From the IMG/VR virus record IMGVR_UViG_3300033463_000005, positions 96,001 through 160,000 of that record: DNA of 64,000 nucleotides; one strand, given 5' to 3'. A program made the translations under genes and the position numbers. A model generated the notes under the pieces. The model saw only the letters and a list, made by a program, of their open reading frames with translations. It ran no database searches and had not been told where the DNA came from. Positions 40,272 to 49,411 of this stretch are shown here, piece by piece. The stretch's first letter is position 1. Each line of letters opens with the position of its first letter. The stretch comes from a virus. Lineage: Duplodnaviria; Caudoviricetes.

Positions 40272-40685
40272 TTATGATTTTGGAATATCTAAACCATCGT
40301 CACCAAATACTTCAGGTGGATCTGACAAATGTGGAAACTCAACAGATGGATCCATTTCATGGATTTTATTTTCCAACCAGGAACGATATCGATGATCATC
40401 CCCCATAATCCATTTCATCAGTGATATGATCTTCTTGTTCAGAATATCAACCCGTTGTTCTAGGATCTTATTCGATTCTCTGACTTCGGAAATTTCTGTT
40501 TTCAATTTTTCATGCAATTCAATCAATGATTGTTTCACATATTCCATTTCTGTTCGCTCGTTTTGAATACGGAGTGCTTCTGCTTCAGCACGAAACTTTT
40601 TGTACTGAAATAGAACTGTTAGCACTGCGGCGAGTCCAGCACCTCCACCAATAGCACCAAGAATCGCGACAATTACCGTTCCCAT
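40272..40685 (-). CDS. N-terminal TM plus coiled-coil protein (holin/lysis-associated-like)
   Basis: VIVAILGAIGGGAGLAAVLTVLF followed by coiled coil. Confidence 0.55.
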   Translation of the reverse strand: MGTVIVAILGAIGGGAGLAAVLTVLFQYKKFRAEAEALRIQNERTEMEYVKQSLIELHEKLKTEISEVRESNKILEQRVDILNKKIISLMKWIMGDDHRYRSWLENKIHEMDPSVEFPHLSDPPEVFGDDGLDIPKS

Positions 40686-40947
40686 GATTCATACCTCATT
40701 TCTTCAATATTATGTCATCATAATAGACAAGCACTATTATTACAAATCTGTGATCATATAAATTTACAGGATGAACCATATGATATTGATAGTTGTGCAA
40801 GAGCTATCAATATTCTATCTATCACTTCTGTAAATTCTGCCCATTTCCAACATTTGAACTGATGTGACATAGGTTCAATCTCATGAATCATGCAATCATA
40901 TTCTACGATTCATGATGGAGAAACGAAAACAAAGGAGAAAGTGTAAA

Positions 40948-41928
40948 ATGAAAAGATTTACAGTAATTGAGACCCTTCGTAAGAAAATGTCTACGATGCG
41001 AGCGAAACACACAATTGTTACATCGTCACTAATTGTGATCGCTGTATCAGCTGTGTTTGTTGCATCGGCATTTTCAAATCAACCCATGACAAAAGTGAAT
41101 GCCCCCGTTGTCAATGCCGAAGTTGTTGTAGAGACTACAGAAACAACGACAGAAGAAACAACAACTGCGACAGAAACAGAGACCGAGGAAACAACTGTCA
41201 CAACGACAACAGAAGAAACCACGACAACTACTGCTGAAGAAATGACGACAGAAACATCAGCAGAAACAACAACGGCATCTCAAGCAAAGACGGCAGTTGT
41301 TCAAGCAAACAATGCAACAACAAAACGGACAACTGTTACGACAACACAGACAACAACATCCGAAACAGTATCAACCACAACAACCGAAGTGAAGATTGTG
41401 TATAAACCCTCCACACATTATTTCCACCTCACTTCATGCAAATGGTTTGATAAAACATGTGTATTCGATTATGACATTAATGAGATAGAAGGGCGAATCT
41501 GTTCAAAATGTCATCCCGATGTAACACTTGTAAAAGAATACAAACCTCCGGTAAAAGAAACACAGGTGTCTACATCGAGTGGTCCTTACACTATGGAGAA
41601 TCTTCCGGTTACACAAGCAGAATTCTACATGCTTGCAAATCTGGTTGCACATGAATATGGCGCTGACTGGGTATCATTACCGGAAAAAGCCAAAGTGGTT
41701 ATGACAGTCATGAATAGAGTCCGCGATTCCAGATTTCCGAATTCCATTCGTGCAGTAATTCTTCAACGGAATCAGTTCTGTTGGGTACCTGATTCCTATT
41801 ACTGGAGAAGAACTTCACAGAGTTGCAAAGATGCTGTATTGTATTATTTCAATCATCAGTCCTCATTCAGCACACGTCTCAACAGCTTTTACGGCGACGG
41901 TTGGCGTAATCACTTTTACGCCGCGTAA
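40948..41928 (+). CDS. Membrane-anchored cell-wall hydrolase (SleB/Hydrolase_2) with Thr-rich stalk and small Cys/His domain
   Basis: LANLVAHE..VVMTVMNRVRDSRFPNSIRAVILQRNQF..NHF; T/E-rich linker; FHLTSC..ICSKC. Confidence 0.85.
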   Translation: MKRFTVIETLRKKMSTMRAKHTIVTSSLIVIAVSAVFVASAFSNQPMTKVNAPVVNAEVVVETTETTTEETTTATETETEETTVTTTTEETTTTTAEEMTTETSAETTTASQAKTAVVQANNATTKRTTVTTTQTTTSETVSTTTTEVKIVYKPSTHYFHLTSCKWFDKTCVFDYDINEIEGRICSKCHPDVTLVKEYKPPVKETQVSTSSGPYTMENLPVTQAEFYMLANLVAHEYGADWVSLPEKAKVVMTVMNRVRDSRFPNSIRAVILQRNQFCWVPDSYYWRRTSQSCKDAVLYYFNHQSSFSTRLNSFYGDGWRNHFYAA

Positions 41929-41952
41929 TATTTAACCACTCGGAGGTTTATC

Positions 41953-42192
41953 ATGAAAAAAGGGACACAGATTTTATCCGTTACATTTACAAAAGATGGT
42001 CGTGTAAAAGCGGAAGCACGTTTAAAAACATTGACCATCGATCTTGCATTGACTCGCAACCAGCGAAATCTATTCCGACATTACCGTGACCACGATTTCT
42101 TGGATCAAATTGCTACAGAGTTTGGCAATGCTTCCATATTGAGCGATGACTTCTTCATCAAAATCAATGATGAAATCGTGTACAGAAAGTGA
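41953..42192 (+). CDS. Hypothetical protein
   Basis: GGAGGT RBS, 79 aa. Confidence 0.65.
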   Translation: MKKGTQILSVTFTKDGRVKAEARLKTLTIDLALTRNQRNLFRHYRDHDFLDQIATEFGNASILSDDFFIKINDEIVYRK

Positions 42193-42204
42193 TAGAATAA
42201 GAGT

Positions 42205-42230
42205 TATACGGGGGCGAAAGCCCCCGTATA
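42205..42230. terminator. Terminator hairpin with GAAA loop between convergent genes
   Basis: TATACGGGGGC-GAAA-GCCCCCGTATA. Confidence 0.8.
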
Positions 42231-42236
42231 TTCTCA

Positions 42237-42587
42237 TCATTTTTCCTCGTCATCTTCTTCAAACACTTCGTCAGATTCGACCTCAACGTCCTCAAATGCT
42301 TCGGGCGGGAGTTGTTCTGGTTGAAGTTGTTTGTAAATCTGATGACAACCTGTTGCGGCTGCTCCAGCACTGATACCAATAAAGATTGCTTCAATGATGT
42401 TATTACCCATCTCAACATTCGGAATATAAAATCCGGAAATACCAAGAATAATTCCGAATACGATGGAACAAATCGGAATGAATTTATTCACATCCTTTCC
42501 AAGTGTTGATGCAATCTTTTTCACAACCTCATTTAAAATACCAACAAATGCAGAGATTGTAACGATTGAAAATTCCATAAAATTCAT
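42237..42587 (-). CDS. Holin
   Basis: Three hydrophobic segments, NKFIP..GIILG and GAAATGCHQIYKQ, acidic tail. Confidence 0.8.
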   Translation of the reverse strand: MNFMEFSIVTISAFVGILNEVVKKIASTLGKDVNKFIPICSIVFGIILGISGFYIPNVEMGNNIIEAIFIGISAGAAATGCHQIYKQLQPEQLPPEAFEDVEVESDEVFEEDDEEK

Positions 42588-42597
42588 CTCCCTTATA

Positions 42598-42649
42598 AAT
42601 ATATTATTTCACAGAATACTGAAGAATATACAGTATTACAAAAACGTTT
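42598..42649. promoter_or_regulatory. Overlapping early (+) and late (-) promoter motifs
   Basis: AATATATTATT with AATACTG/CAGTATT hairpin on +; AAAC-GTTTTTG-TAAT on - (42635-42649). Confidence 0.55.
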
Positions 42650-42662
42650 AGGAGGTAATCAT

Positions 42663-42833
42663 ATGTTCAAGTTCTTCAAGAAGCGTAACCGACAGACGGA
42701 TGATGCCATCATTGTTGAAGATGAAAACAAGAATGATGTTATCATCAAAGGTGAAAACACCGCGATCAAGGATATTGCCAGAACAGGTAGATTCCCGAAA
42801 ATCAAACGGAGGAAAGCAGATAATGATGAATGA
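42663..42833 (+). CDS. Small 56-aa early protein
   Basis: AGGAGGT RBS; MFKFFKKRNRQTDD...; below track cutoff. Confidence 0.65.
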   Translation: MFKFFKKRNRQTDDAIIVEDENKNDVIIKGENTAIKDIARTGRFPKIKRRKADNDE

Positions 42834-43350
42834 TCACATGACTGACGTAACCAATGAACATGATGTATCAGATGAAGTCATGGTACATGATGAGAGTGTA
42901 ATCCCATCTATCAATGAAGACGATGTTGACATGTCGAATTCAATGAGATTTGTATCCATGGATACAAACACATACCTGATGGATAAATCTATCATCAATT
43001 GGGAAGAGACATTGAAGAACAAACGGAACATCGAAGAAAACTTGTTCTTCGTTCGAAAGGTTCTGAATGAACTAATCTTCCAACATAAAGAAGAACACAA
43101 TTCTGGCATTGATGAAGCTTTTGGTCCGGTATTAGATTTCATCAAAGAATTTGGATTCGATCCAACAAAGAGTTATGCAAAGATGTACCCGGATGCAAAC
43201 GATTTCGATTTTGCATTGATGTATTGTATTGATGCAATTGAAATCATGAACGTCTTGTTACAGGAAATTGCATCATATGAGGGTGCAAAGAATGCAATCG
43301 GTTCCATTATGGAAACAATGAACAATATTGGAGGAATGAATAATGAGTGA
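42823..43350 (+). CDS. Hypothetical protein, INWEE paralogue 1
   Basis: IINWEETL; start after GGAGG. Confidence 0.7.
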   Translation: MMNDHMTDVTNEHDVSDEVMVHDESVIPSINEDDVDMSNSMRFVSMDTNTYLMDKSIINWEETLKNKRNIEENLFFVRKVLNELIFQHKEEHNSGIDEAFGPVLDFIKEFGFDPTKSYAKMYPDANDFDFALMYCIDAIEIMNVLLQEIASYEGAKNAIGSIMETMNNIGGMNNE

Positions 43351-43888
43351 AGAGCTGAAGAATCCGTCTAATGGTGAAAATGATGAGAGAATATATTATC
43401 ATCTTCTGAATGGTAATGTGATTTACTCTGATGCGAAGTCTATTAACTGGGAAGAAAACATTAAGTCAATCGGTGTAATTTCCGAGATGGCAGACAATTG
43501 CCGTGCAATGATTGCACGACTCATGACTGGTGAACCTGTAAAAATCACAGATGAAAATGGATACGAAAAAGAGGTTCCAATCATTGAACATGCAAAAACA
43601 GAATGTGAAAAATTCTTTGAGACAAATCATATTAAAATTGATTACTCCATGTTTGATAATGCGGATATTACAGAACGTGAAAAGTTAATTGCGCGTCTGA
43701 TTGATATACTGACAATCCATAATGAACTGATTATGGTGTCTGCTATTCTGAATGCTAGCGCAACAACACGTCATTATTATGAAACCATCATTCAGAATAT
43801 GAGCAATACAAATAACAATGAATCGGAGGAACATAACAATGAAAATCAAGAGAATCAGAATGGTACCGAAGTTCATCACGCTGAGTGA
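43343..43888 (+). CDS. Hypothetical protein, INWEE paralogue 2
   Basis: SINWEENI. Confidence 0.7.
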   Translation: MSEELKNPSNGENDERIYYHLLNGNVIYSDAKSINWEENIKSIGVISEMADNCRAMIARLMTGEPVKITDENGYEKEVPIIEHAKTECEKFFETNHIKIDYSMFDNADITEREKLIARLIDILTIHNELIMVSAILNASATTRHYYETIIQNMSNTNNNESEEHNNENQENQNGTEVHHAE

Positions 43889-44741
43889 TGTAACTGCAAT
43901 CACCGCGCACTTCAACCTGATTGATCGTCGTGATCAGAATATCATCACTGCCATTTTATCCACCGACACTGTTGATGTGGATGATATTGTGATGGTAGAT
44001 CTGGATGTAACAGATACATCTGATATTAACATCACATCCCAAGAATTTGCGAATGATATTATGCAACTTCTTACTGCAATGAATGATGATGATGTTCTGG
44101 GCTTCGGTGTTACATCGAGTGCATTGGAGACATATCACGCATGCATCGATAATGTATTCAATGAATTGGATGCGCTGTTCCATGTAAATGTCCCGGAACC
44201 TGATGCAGATCAGAATGCGGGGTTTGATCCGAAGAGAATTTATTTCCCGCTTGTAACAGGTGAAATTTTCGATGTTGAAATCGACAAGGTAAACTGGGAT
44301 GATACACTGGAACATATCAACGACATATTGACAAAGCTGAATTCATTCCGCGGCATTGCATATAATATGCTGCGTGGTGATGTTGAAACCGACCAGGGCT
44401 TGATGAATGGTGCAGAAGAAATTATCACCAGCGCATATGAAGCATTGGGCATGAATCCGAATTATAACGGACTCAACTTTGAAGGAAATCGGAAACTGGA
44501 GATTCTGACAAAGTTGTTTGATCTGTGCACGGTATACAATGAGTTTGTCACGTATATCAACATTTATGCAATCCGGACAAATACTGTCAAAGAATTGTTT
44601 GCAGTCATCAAACGTTTGCAAGGTCAGACTGACAAAGAATCTTCAACTGATACAACAGAAGAAGTGGTCGAAGAAGTCGGTGAAGATTCCTCATCGACAG
44701 AAGAAATTGCCGATAATATTACATTTTCATATGGAGGGTGA
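43839..44741 (+). CDS. Hypothetical protein, INWEE paralogue 3 with extra N-domain
   Basis: KVNWDDTL; start after GGAGGA. Confidence 0.7.
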   Translation: MKIKRIRMVPKFITLSDVTAITAHFNLIDRRDQNIITAILSTDTVDVDDIVMVDLDVTDTSDINITSQEFANDIMQLLTAMNDDDVLGFGVTSSALETYHACIDNVFNELDALFHVNVPEPDADQNAGFDPKRIYFPLVTGEIFDVEIDKVNWDDTLEHINDILTKLNSFRGIAYNMLRGDVETDQGLMNGAEEIITSAYEALGMNPNYNGLNFEGNRKLEILTKLFDLCTVYNEFVTYINIYAIRTNTVKELFAVIKRLQGQTDKESSTDTTEEVVEEVGEDSSSTEEIADNITFSYGG

Positions 44742-44747
44742 AGAATC

Positions 44748-44945
44748 ATGAAACAATTTCTCAAATTATTAATTGCATTCTTGGCAGGTTTTGCTGTTCG
44801 GACATTGATTGATTCCATCGAAATCGTGAACGATGAAGATTGTGAACATTGCAAATGTCATGAACACCGTGATGACGATTGTTTAGAACCTGCACAACGT
44901 GAGGAGGCTATTGAGGATGACACCGATTTTGATTCACCACAATGA
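44748..44945 (+). CDS. Small membrane-anchored protein
   Basis: N-terminal hydrophobic helix, CEHCKC, acidic tail. Confidence 0.6.
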   Translation: MKQFLKLLIAFLAGFAVRTLIDSIEIVNDEDCEHCKCHEHRDDDCLEPAQREEAIEDDTDFDSPQ

Positions 44946-45909
44946 TGACGATGGACGCTGTGCCGGCGCAGTTGTTGTTCGCGAATTATGTGATGTGTGG
45001 AATCGTCCGACAATGGATACCGTGTTTGAATACAAACACGGTTATTCATTGATCGTTCCAACTGATGTGATTGAGAACACCGATTCCATTTACATTGTTG
45101 ATGTTGCGATTGATAATCAGATTCTGAATTTCGTGAAATTGGTACATGATATCCGCGGTGATAACATGCCGAAAATTGTGTTTATCGATCATCACCAAAC
45201 ATCCAAAGAAATTCTGGACAAAGGCATGCAGGATGAACGTTTTGAATTGTTCATGATCTATGTCAAAACATTTGTCAAAATGGGAATCTCTGGAACATTG
45301 TTAACATGGATTTACGCATGCATGACGGAAGAAGAACGGAATGGGGAACCGAACTTTGATTTTACTGAAAAACGGACACATATTGGTTTTTATCCGGAAC
45401 AGAAAAATGAACGAATCATCAAGATTCCGCTCGCAGTTCGTTTGATTGATGATTGGGATGTTTGGAACCATGACATTTCCGACACAAAATATTTCAATCT
45501 TGGATTCTCACTTGTACCGGATAAACATCCGCTGAATGAAATTTGGGACATTGTCATTTACGGTGATGATCGTTGGTTGTCCCAAACGTATATCGACAAA
45601 GGTCGTATCATTTATGATTACCAGACGAAAGTGAATGAACGCGCCATGAGTCGTGCATTTGAATCCGAGATCGATGGTGTCAAATGTTTATGTCTGAACC
45701 AGACCGGAAATAGTATGGTATTCGGTGATAAGATCAAAGAATATCCAATGGTATGTCTGTACTATTATGACGGAAAGATCAAACAATGGAAATATTCCTT
45801 GTATTCAGATGAAACAACTGGTGTTGATGTTTCTGTGATTTGCCAAAACCATGGTGGAGGTGGACACATTCACGCTAGCGGTTTCAACATTCCGGAATTA
45901 ATTGTATAA
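44917..45909 (+). CDS. DHH/DHHA1 phosphoesterase (NrnB-like)
   Basis: HNDDDG, IVD, IDHH, GGGGHIHASGF. Confidence 0.88.
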   Translation: MTPILIHHNDDDGRCAGAVVVRELCDVWNRPTMDTVFEYKHGYSLIVPTDVIENTDSIYIVDVAIDNQILNFVKLVHDIRGDNMPKIVFIDHHQTSKEILDKGMQDERFELFMIYVKTFVKMGISGTLLTWIYACMTEEERNGEPNFDFTEKRTHIGFYPEQKNERIIKIPLAVRLIDDWDVWNHDISDTKYFNLGFSLVPDKHPLNEIWDIVIYGDDRWLSQTYIDKGRIIYDYQTKVNERAMSRAFESEIDGVKCLCLNQTGNSMVFGDKIKEYPMVCLYYYDGKIKQWKYSLYSDETTGVDVSVICQNHGGGGHIHASGFNIPELIV

Positions 45910-45917
45910 ACAGATTT

Positions 45918-45949
45918 GTATATGTGGGGGCATATGCCCCCACATATAC
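45918..45949. terminator. 32-bp perfect palindrome (GCATATGC family)
   Basis: GTATATGTGGGGGCATATGCCCCCACATATAC. Confidence 0.8.
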
Positions 45950-46274
45950 GCTTTGACATTACCGCCGATCATCATACGACGGGACCGATAACAGACCCGA
46001 GCGAAGAATCTATTATCGAATTTATATAAAATTACACAATATATACTTTTTGACCATGTTGAAATTGTTCCATACCAATCATACATATCAGGAGGTGGGT
46101 TGATATGCATAATTGGGTGACGTCAATGGATTCACGTATGTTCATGATATGTATAACACCGAATCATTCTTTTTTATTCACATAACCTGTGTAAGCTCAT
46201 TCCTGTTATACATCATTCACATTTGTTACAATCTCTTCATGAAAGCATATATCATGTAATCAGCGCAAGGATGA

Positions 46275-48197
46275 TCAAGCTTTAATGACTTTTTCCAATG
46301 GTGTTTGTGTTGGTGGAATGCCACGGATTGTGTGTGATAAACCAACTGTAATTGCAGTTGAAATATCTTGGAATAGCAATCCTTGTAGAATGCCAGCACG
46401 TTGTACAGCAACACGGAATGGTTCTTTGTCATATGACATCGGATCAACATCTGATTTACCATACACGGATGCAAATGATTTATTCCCGTGTCGGCAAACA
46501 CGTCGTGCTAACATTTCATATGTGATGGAAGGACCATTCAGATCAATACCATTCAATTCCAAACAACGGAACATCAACTCTGTCATTAGATTATATGGTA
46601 ATTGTGGAGATTTACTATGTAAATATATTTGATTGATATAAAATTCAATATTTGCAACGGATTGTTGCATTGCAACTGAACACACTTGATCTCCTGCGTC
46701 ATATTGAATGATGTAATAATCTGGATCTTCCTGAATATCATCATAGATGTTGAATCGCAATGTTGCCGGAATTGTCATCAGAGTTGACAATAACACAGAA
46801 CCGTCTTCTTTGTAAAATTTTACAGGTAATACACCAAAGCTTTCACATACGGTTGCTTCAATGGAGAATCCAGAAAATTCTTCAAACAATTTTGGCACAA
46901 ATACTTTCATGATGGTTTTTGGAACAATGCATCCTTCATGAATATCATAATATGAATTTGCATCATTGAATATATACTTCTTATCGATGATGGATGCTTT
47001 TTGCGACAAGTCATGTTTTGATTTCAGTTTCTTATTCAACAATGCTTGTGTGATCGATGTGACAAGTAAACCGACATTTTGAACACCCAGATTATGGAAC
47101 ACTCTACCACCGCATTTACCACAGATTGATTCGTGGATGCAACACTGTGGAGAATACAATTCAACCGTTTTACCGACATAAGAACCAATGTTTTCCAAAG
47201 TGGTCAATACTTTCTGACCACCATCATTGATATACCGATATAATACATACTGTTTGTTTTTATCTGTGATTGTGAGTGGAATTGTTTTTGTTGTACCACA
47301 ATCGGAATTCGGATCCGCATCAATATGTTCTGACTGTAATAATGCGAGAATAATTTTTGCCATGTAACCAGAATCCGCAGTACCAACTGCAGAAGGATAT
47401 GCACCTGCAACAATAGAATTTGCAAATGCCGGAATATCCTTTTTCTTCACACCATCCATCAGTGAGGAATCGACGATATCAAATCTACCGGTAATGTTAT
47501 TAAACACAGCGCCACGCATAACATTGATCGTTTTATAGTTATTATCTAGATTACCATCGCCGGATGCATACATGTCATAGCCAGTATCACCTTTCAGATT
47601 CTGACGAACCATTTCCATCAATTCTTTTTCAATTTTATTCATTGCGAGAATTTGCTTGGTTGGATCTTTGGAATAAATATCATCGTGGTATTTTTCCATC
47701 AATTCCATTTTCCGTTGATTCACATTATGCATCGGACGAATCAATCCGGCGGAAATTGAAGTAGACAGAAATGCAGTTGCTTGGAATCCCAGTTGGTCAC
47801 GGCGGTCAACGAATTTTGCATTTGTATATGTATCAATTTGATCCGTAATAATCAAATTGTTGACAGCAACATTTAATGCACCAAGACCTTTTTTGTCTAG
47901 TGTTCGATTCCAATACCCAATAAATTGAATGACGCCAGTATATTCCAACAGGAATCGATTCATGAATAATAATCCAAGTGTTGTTTCGACAGAATCTTTC
48001 ACATATTGATATTCAGCATGAGACAGTGTGATTTTATCTGTTGGATTGAATGGTGCCTGTTTTGCTTGGTTGGTTTCTTTATCATAATATGCTGCAAACA
48101 AAGATTCCAGGAAATCCTTGTTAAATTCAGAAATATCTGCAGATAGAATTCGTTGCTTTCCAATGGTTGCATTGGATACTTGTTTCTCTATTGCCAT
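46275..48197 (-). CDS. Phage multisubunit RNA polymerase, beta-prime C-terminal part (probably virion RNAP)
   Basis: TTLG, MRG, SSLMDG, bridge-helix TADSGY, DCGT, Zn site SPQCC..ICGKC; no DFDGD, so the subunit is split. Confidence 0.85.
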   Translation of the reverse strand: MAIEKQVSNATIGKQRILSADISEFNKDFLESLFAAYYDKETNQAKQAPFNPTDKITLSHAEYQYVKDSVETTLGLLFMNRFLLEYTGVIQFIGYWNRTLDKKGLGALNVAVNNLIITDQIDTYTNAKFVDRRDQLGFQATAFLSTSISAGLIRPMHNVNQRKMELMEKYHDDIYSKDPTKQILAMNKIEKELMEMVRQNLKGDTGYDMYASGDGNLDNNYKTINVMRGAVFNNITGRFDIVDSSLMDGVKKKDIPAFANSIVAGAYPSAVGTADSGYMAKIILALLQSEHIDADPNSDCGTTKTIPLTITDKNKQYVLYRYINDGGQKVLTTLENIGSYVGKTVELYSPQCCIHESICGKCGGRVFHNLGVQNVGLLVTSITQALLNKKLKSKHDLSQKASIIDKKYIFNDANSYYDIHEGCIVPKTIMKVFVPKLFEEFSGFSIEATVCESFGVLPVKFYKEDGSVLLSTLMTIPATLRFNIYDDIQEDPDYYIIQYDAGDQVCSVAMQQSVANIEFYINQIYLHSKSPQLPYNLMTELMFRCLELNGIDLNGPSITYEMLARRVCRHGNKSFASVYGKSDVDPMSYDKEPFRVAVQRAGILQGLLFQDISTAITVGLSHTIRGIPPTQTPLEKVIKA

Positions 48198-48224
48198 GAT
48201 ATGATTCCTCCTTATCGTGAACGA

Positions 48225-48239
48225 ATTACTGTTCGGTTT
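48225..48239 (-). promoter_or_regulatory. Late-type promoter motif
   Basis: AAAC-CGAACAG-TAAT upstream of the RNAP subunit. Confidence 0.5.
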
Positions 48240-48265
48240 ATTATACTTTATAATTTTTTATTATA

Positions 48266-48306
48266 TATATATTATTTATATGGATAGAATATGATGGTTC
48301 TATCCA
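48266..48306 (+). promoter_or_regulatory. Early-type promoter motif plus hairpin
   Basis: TATATATTATT-TATA-TGGATAGAA..TTCTATCCA. Confidence 0.6.
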
Positions 48307-48327
48307 TTCAAAATATTTTGAAAGGAC

Positions 48328-49317
48328 TTGATTATGATGATGGATCTGGCAAAGTTTAACCGAATACTGATGAATCACCGAACGGGAGTATCAAAGGATA
48401 TTCCAATGAGAACTGTTCTCGGTATGCTAAAAGATACGCTGTATGTGTCAGATGATACATACCACAAAGATCTACCATACGACGAGAAGGTGAAGTTCTA
48501 TAACAAGAACATGAGCAATATTTTCAATGAAAGCGGAGACCGGCTTCCAATACCCACAGATTCTATGCGACTTGCATTGATACAACGAAATGAACGATTC
48601 TATGATGTCGTGAAATACATGCTTGTCAATTTCAATGTGGACGCAATTACGTACTACATGATTGCAAGTGGCGAATTAACAGATTCCGTTACACGGGCCA
48701 TCGAACGAAGTAGACTATGGCTGCCTCATGAAAAACGTTCTGCATATTTCGTCACAGAATATTATTACTATATGATCAAACGCGCGTTGGTACTGTCCGT
48801 ATTCGGAAAAAGATTCGAATGCGAAGTGGATTCGTTTATCAAAGACTTTGAATTCACAATGGACAACTATGTGTCGTTAATAAACTATGACGACAGGATT
48901 GAGGTGTATGGTCGAAAAGAGTATGCATACAGAGATGAACAAACCATCTGTGTTGATTATCCAAAGCAGCTTTTAATCCCAATCAATCTATTATCCGTGA
49001 ATGCGGATATCATTCATGCGGATGATATATTCGTAATCGCCGCATTTGGAGATGTGATTGTTTTGTGGAAAAACGGTGATGAATATATGGATGAGAATAA
49101 ACTCGTTTCCCCATATCGCGAATTGCTGCTTCCGGATAATGTCGACCCATACGTTCCGTTTAAGTTTGATTATGACAACGGAAAAATCATTGTCACAACG
49201 CAAAAGCATATCGTCGAGATTATTATTCACAATCTCGACTGGTCAATCGATGGTCGTGCATCCAAGACCACACGGCGTAAGGATTTCAATGTTATTAAAA
49301 GACCAGAAACTGAATGA
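48328..49317 (+). CDS. Hypothetical early protein
   Basis: 329-aa ORF between promoter motif and terminator; no motif recognised. Confidence 0.75.
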   Translation: MIMMMDLAKFNRILMNHRTGVSKDIPMRTVLGMLKDTLYVSDDTYHKDLPYDEKVKFYNKNMSNIFNESGDRLPIPTDSMRLALIQRNERFYDVVKYMLVNFNVDAITYYMIASGELTDSVTRAIERSRLWLPHEKRSAYFVTEYYYYMIKRALVLSVFGKRFECEVDSFIKDFEFTMDNYVSLINYDDRIEVYGRKEYAYRDEQTICVDYPKQLLIPINLLSVNADIIHADDIFVIAAFGDVIVLWKNGDEYMDENKLVSPYRELLLPDNVDPYVPFKFDYDNGKIIVTTQKHIVEIIIHNLDWSIDGRASKTTRRKDFNVIKRPETE

Positions 49318-49321
49318 TTGA

Positions 49322-49360
49322 AATGGGGTGCCAATGGCACCCCATTCTATTTTTTATTTT
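49322..49360 (+). terminator. Intrinsic terminator
   Basis: AATGGGGTGCCA/TGGCACCCCATT followed by T-runs. Confidence 0.8.
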
Positions 49361-49366
49361 TTCATA

Positions 49367-49411
49367 TATATATTATTAATATGAATAGAGAGGAATGGCA
49401 GCCCTCTATTC
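49367..49411 (+). promoter_or_regulatory. Early-type promoter motif plus hairpin
   Basis: TATATATTATT-AATAT-GAATAGAG..CTCTATTC. Confidence 0.6.

Noticed and set aside
45973-46002. Minus-strand GCTCGGG..TATCGGT.CCCG resembling the 3' part of the VR
   Set aside because: Needs indels and non-A mismatches and is intergenic; compatible with chance.
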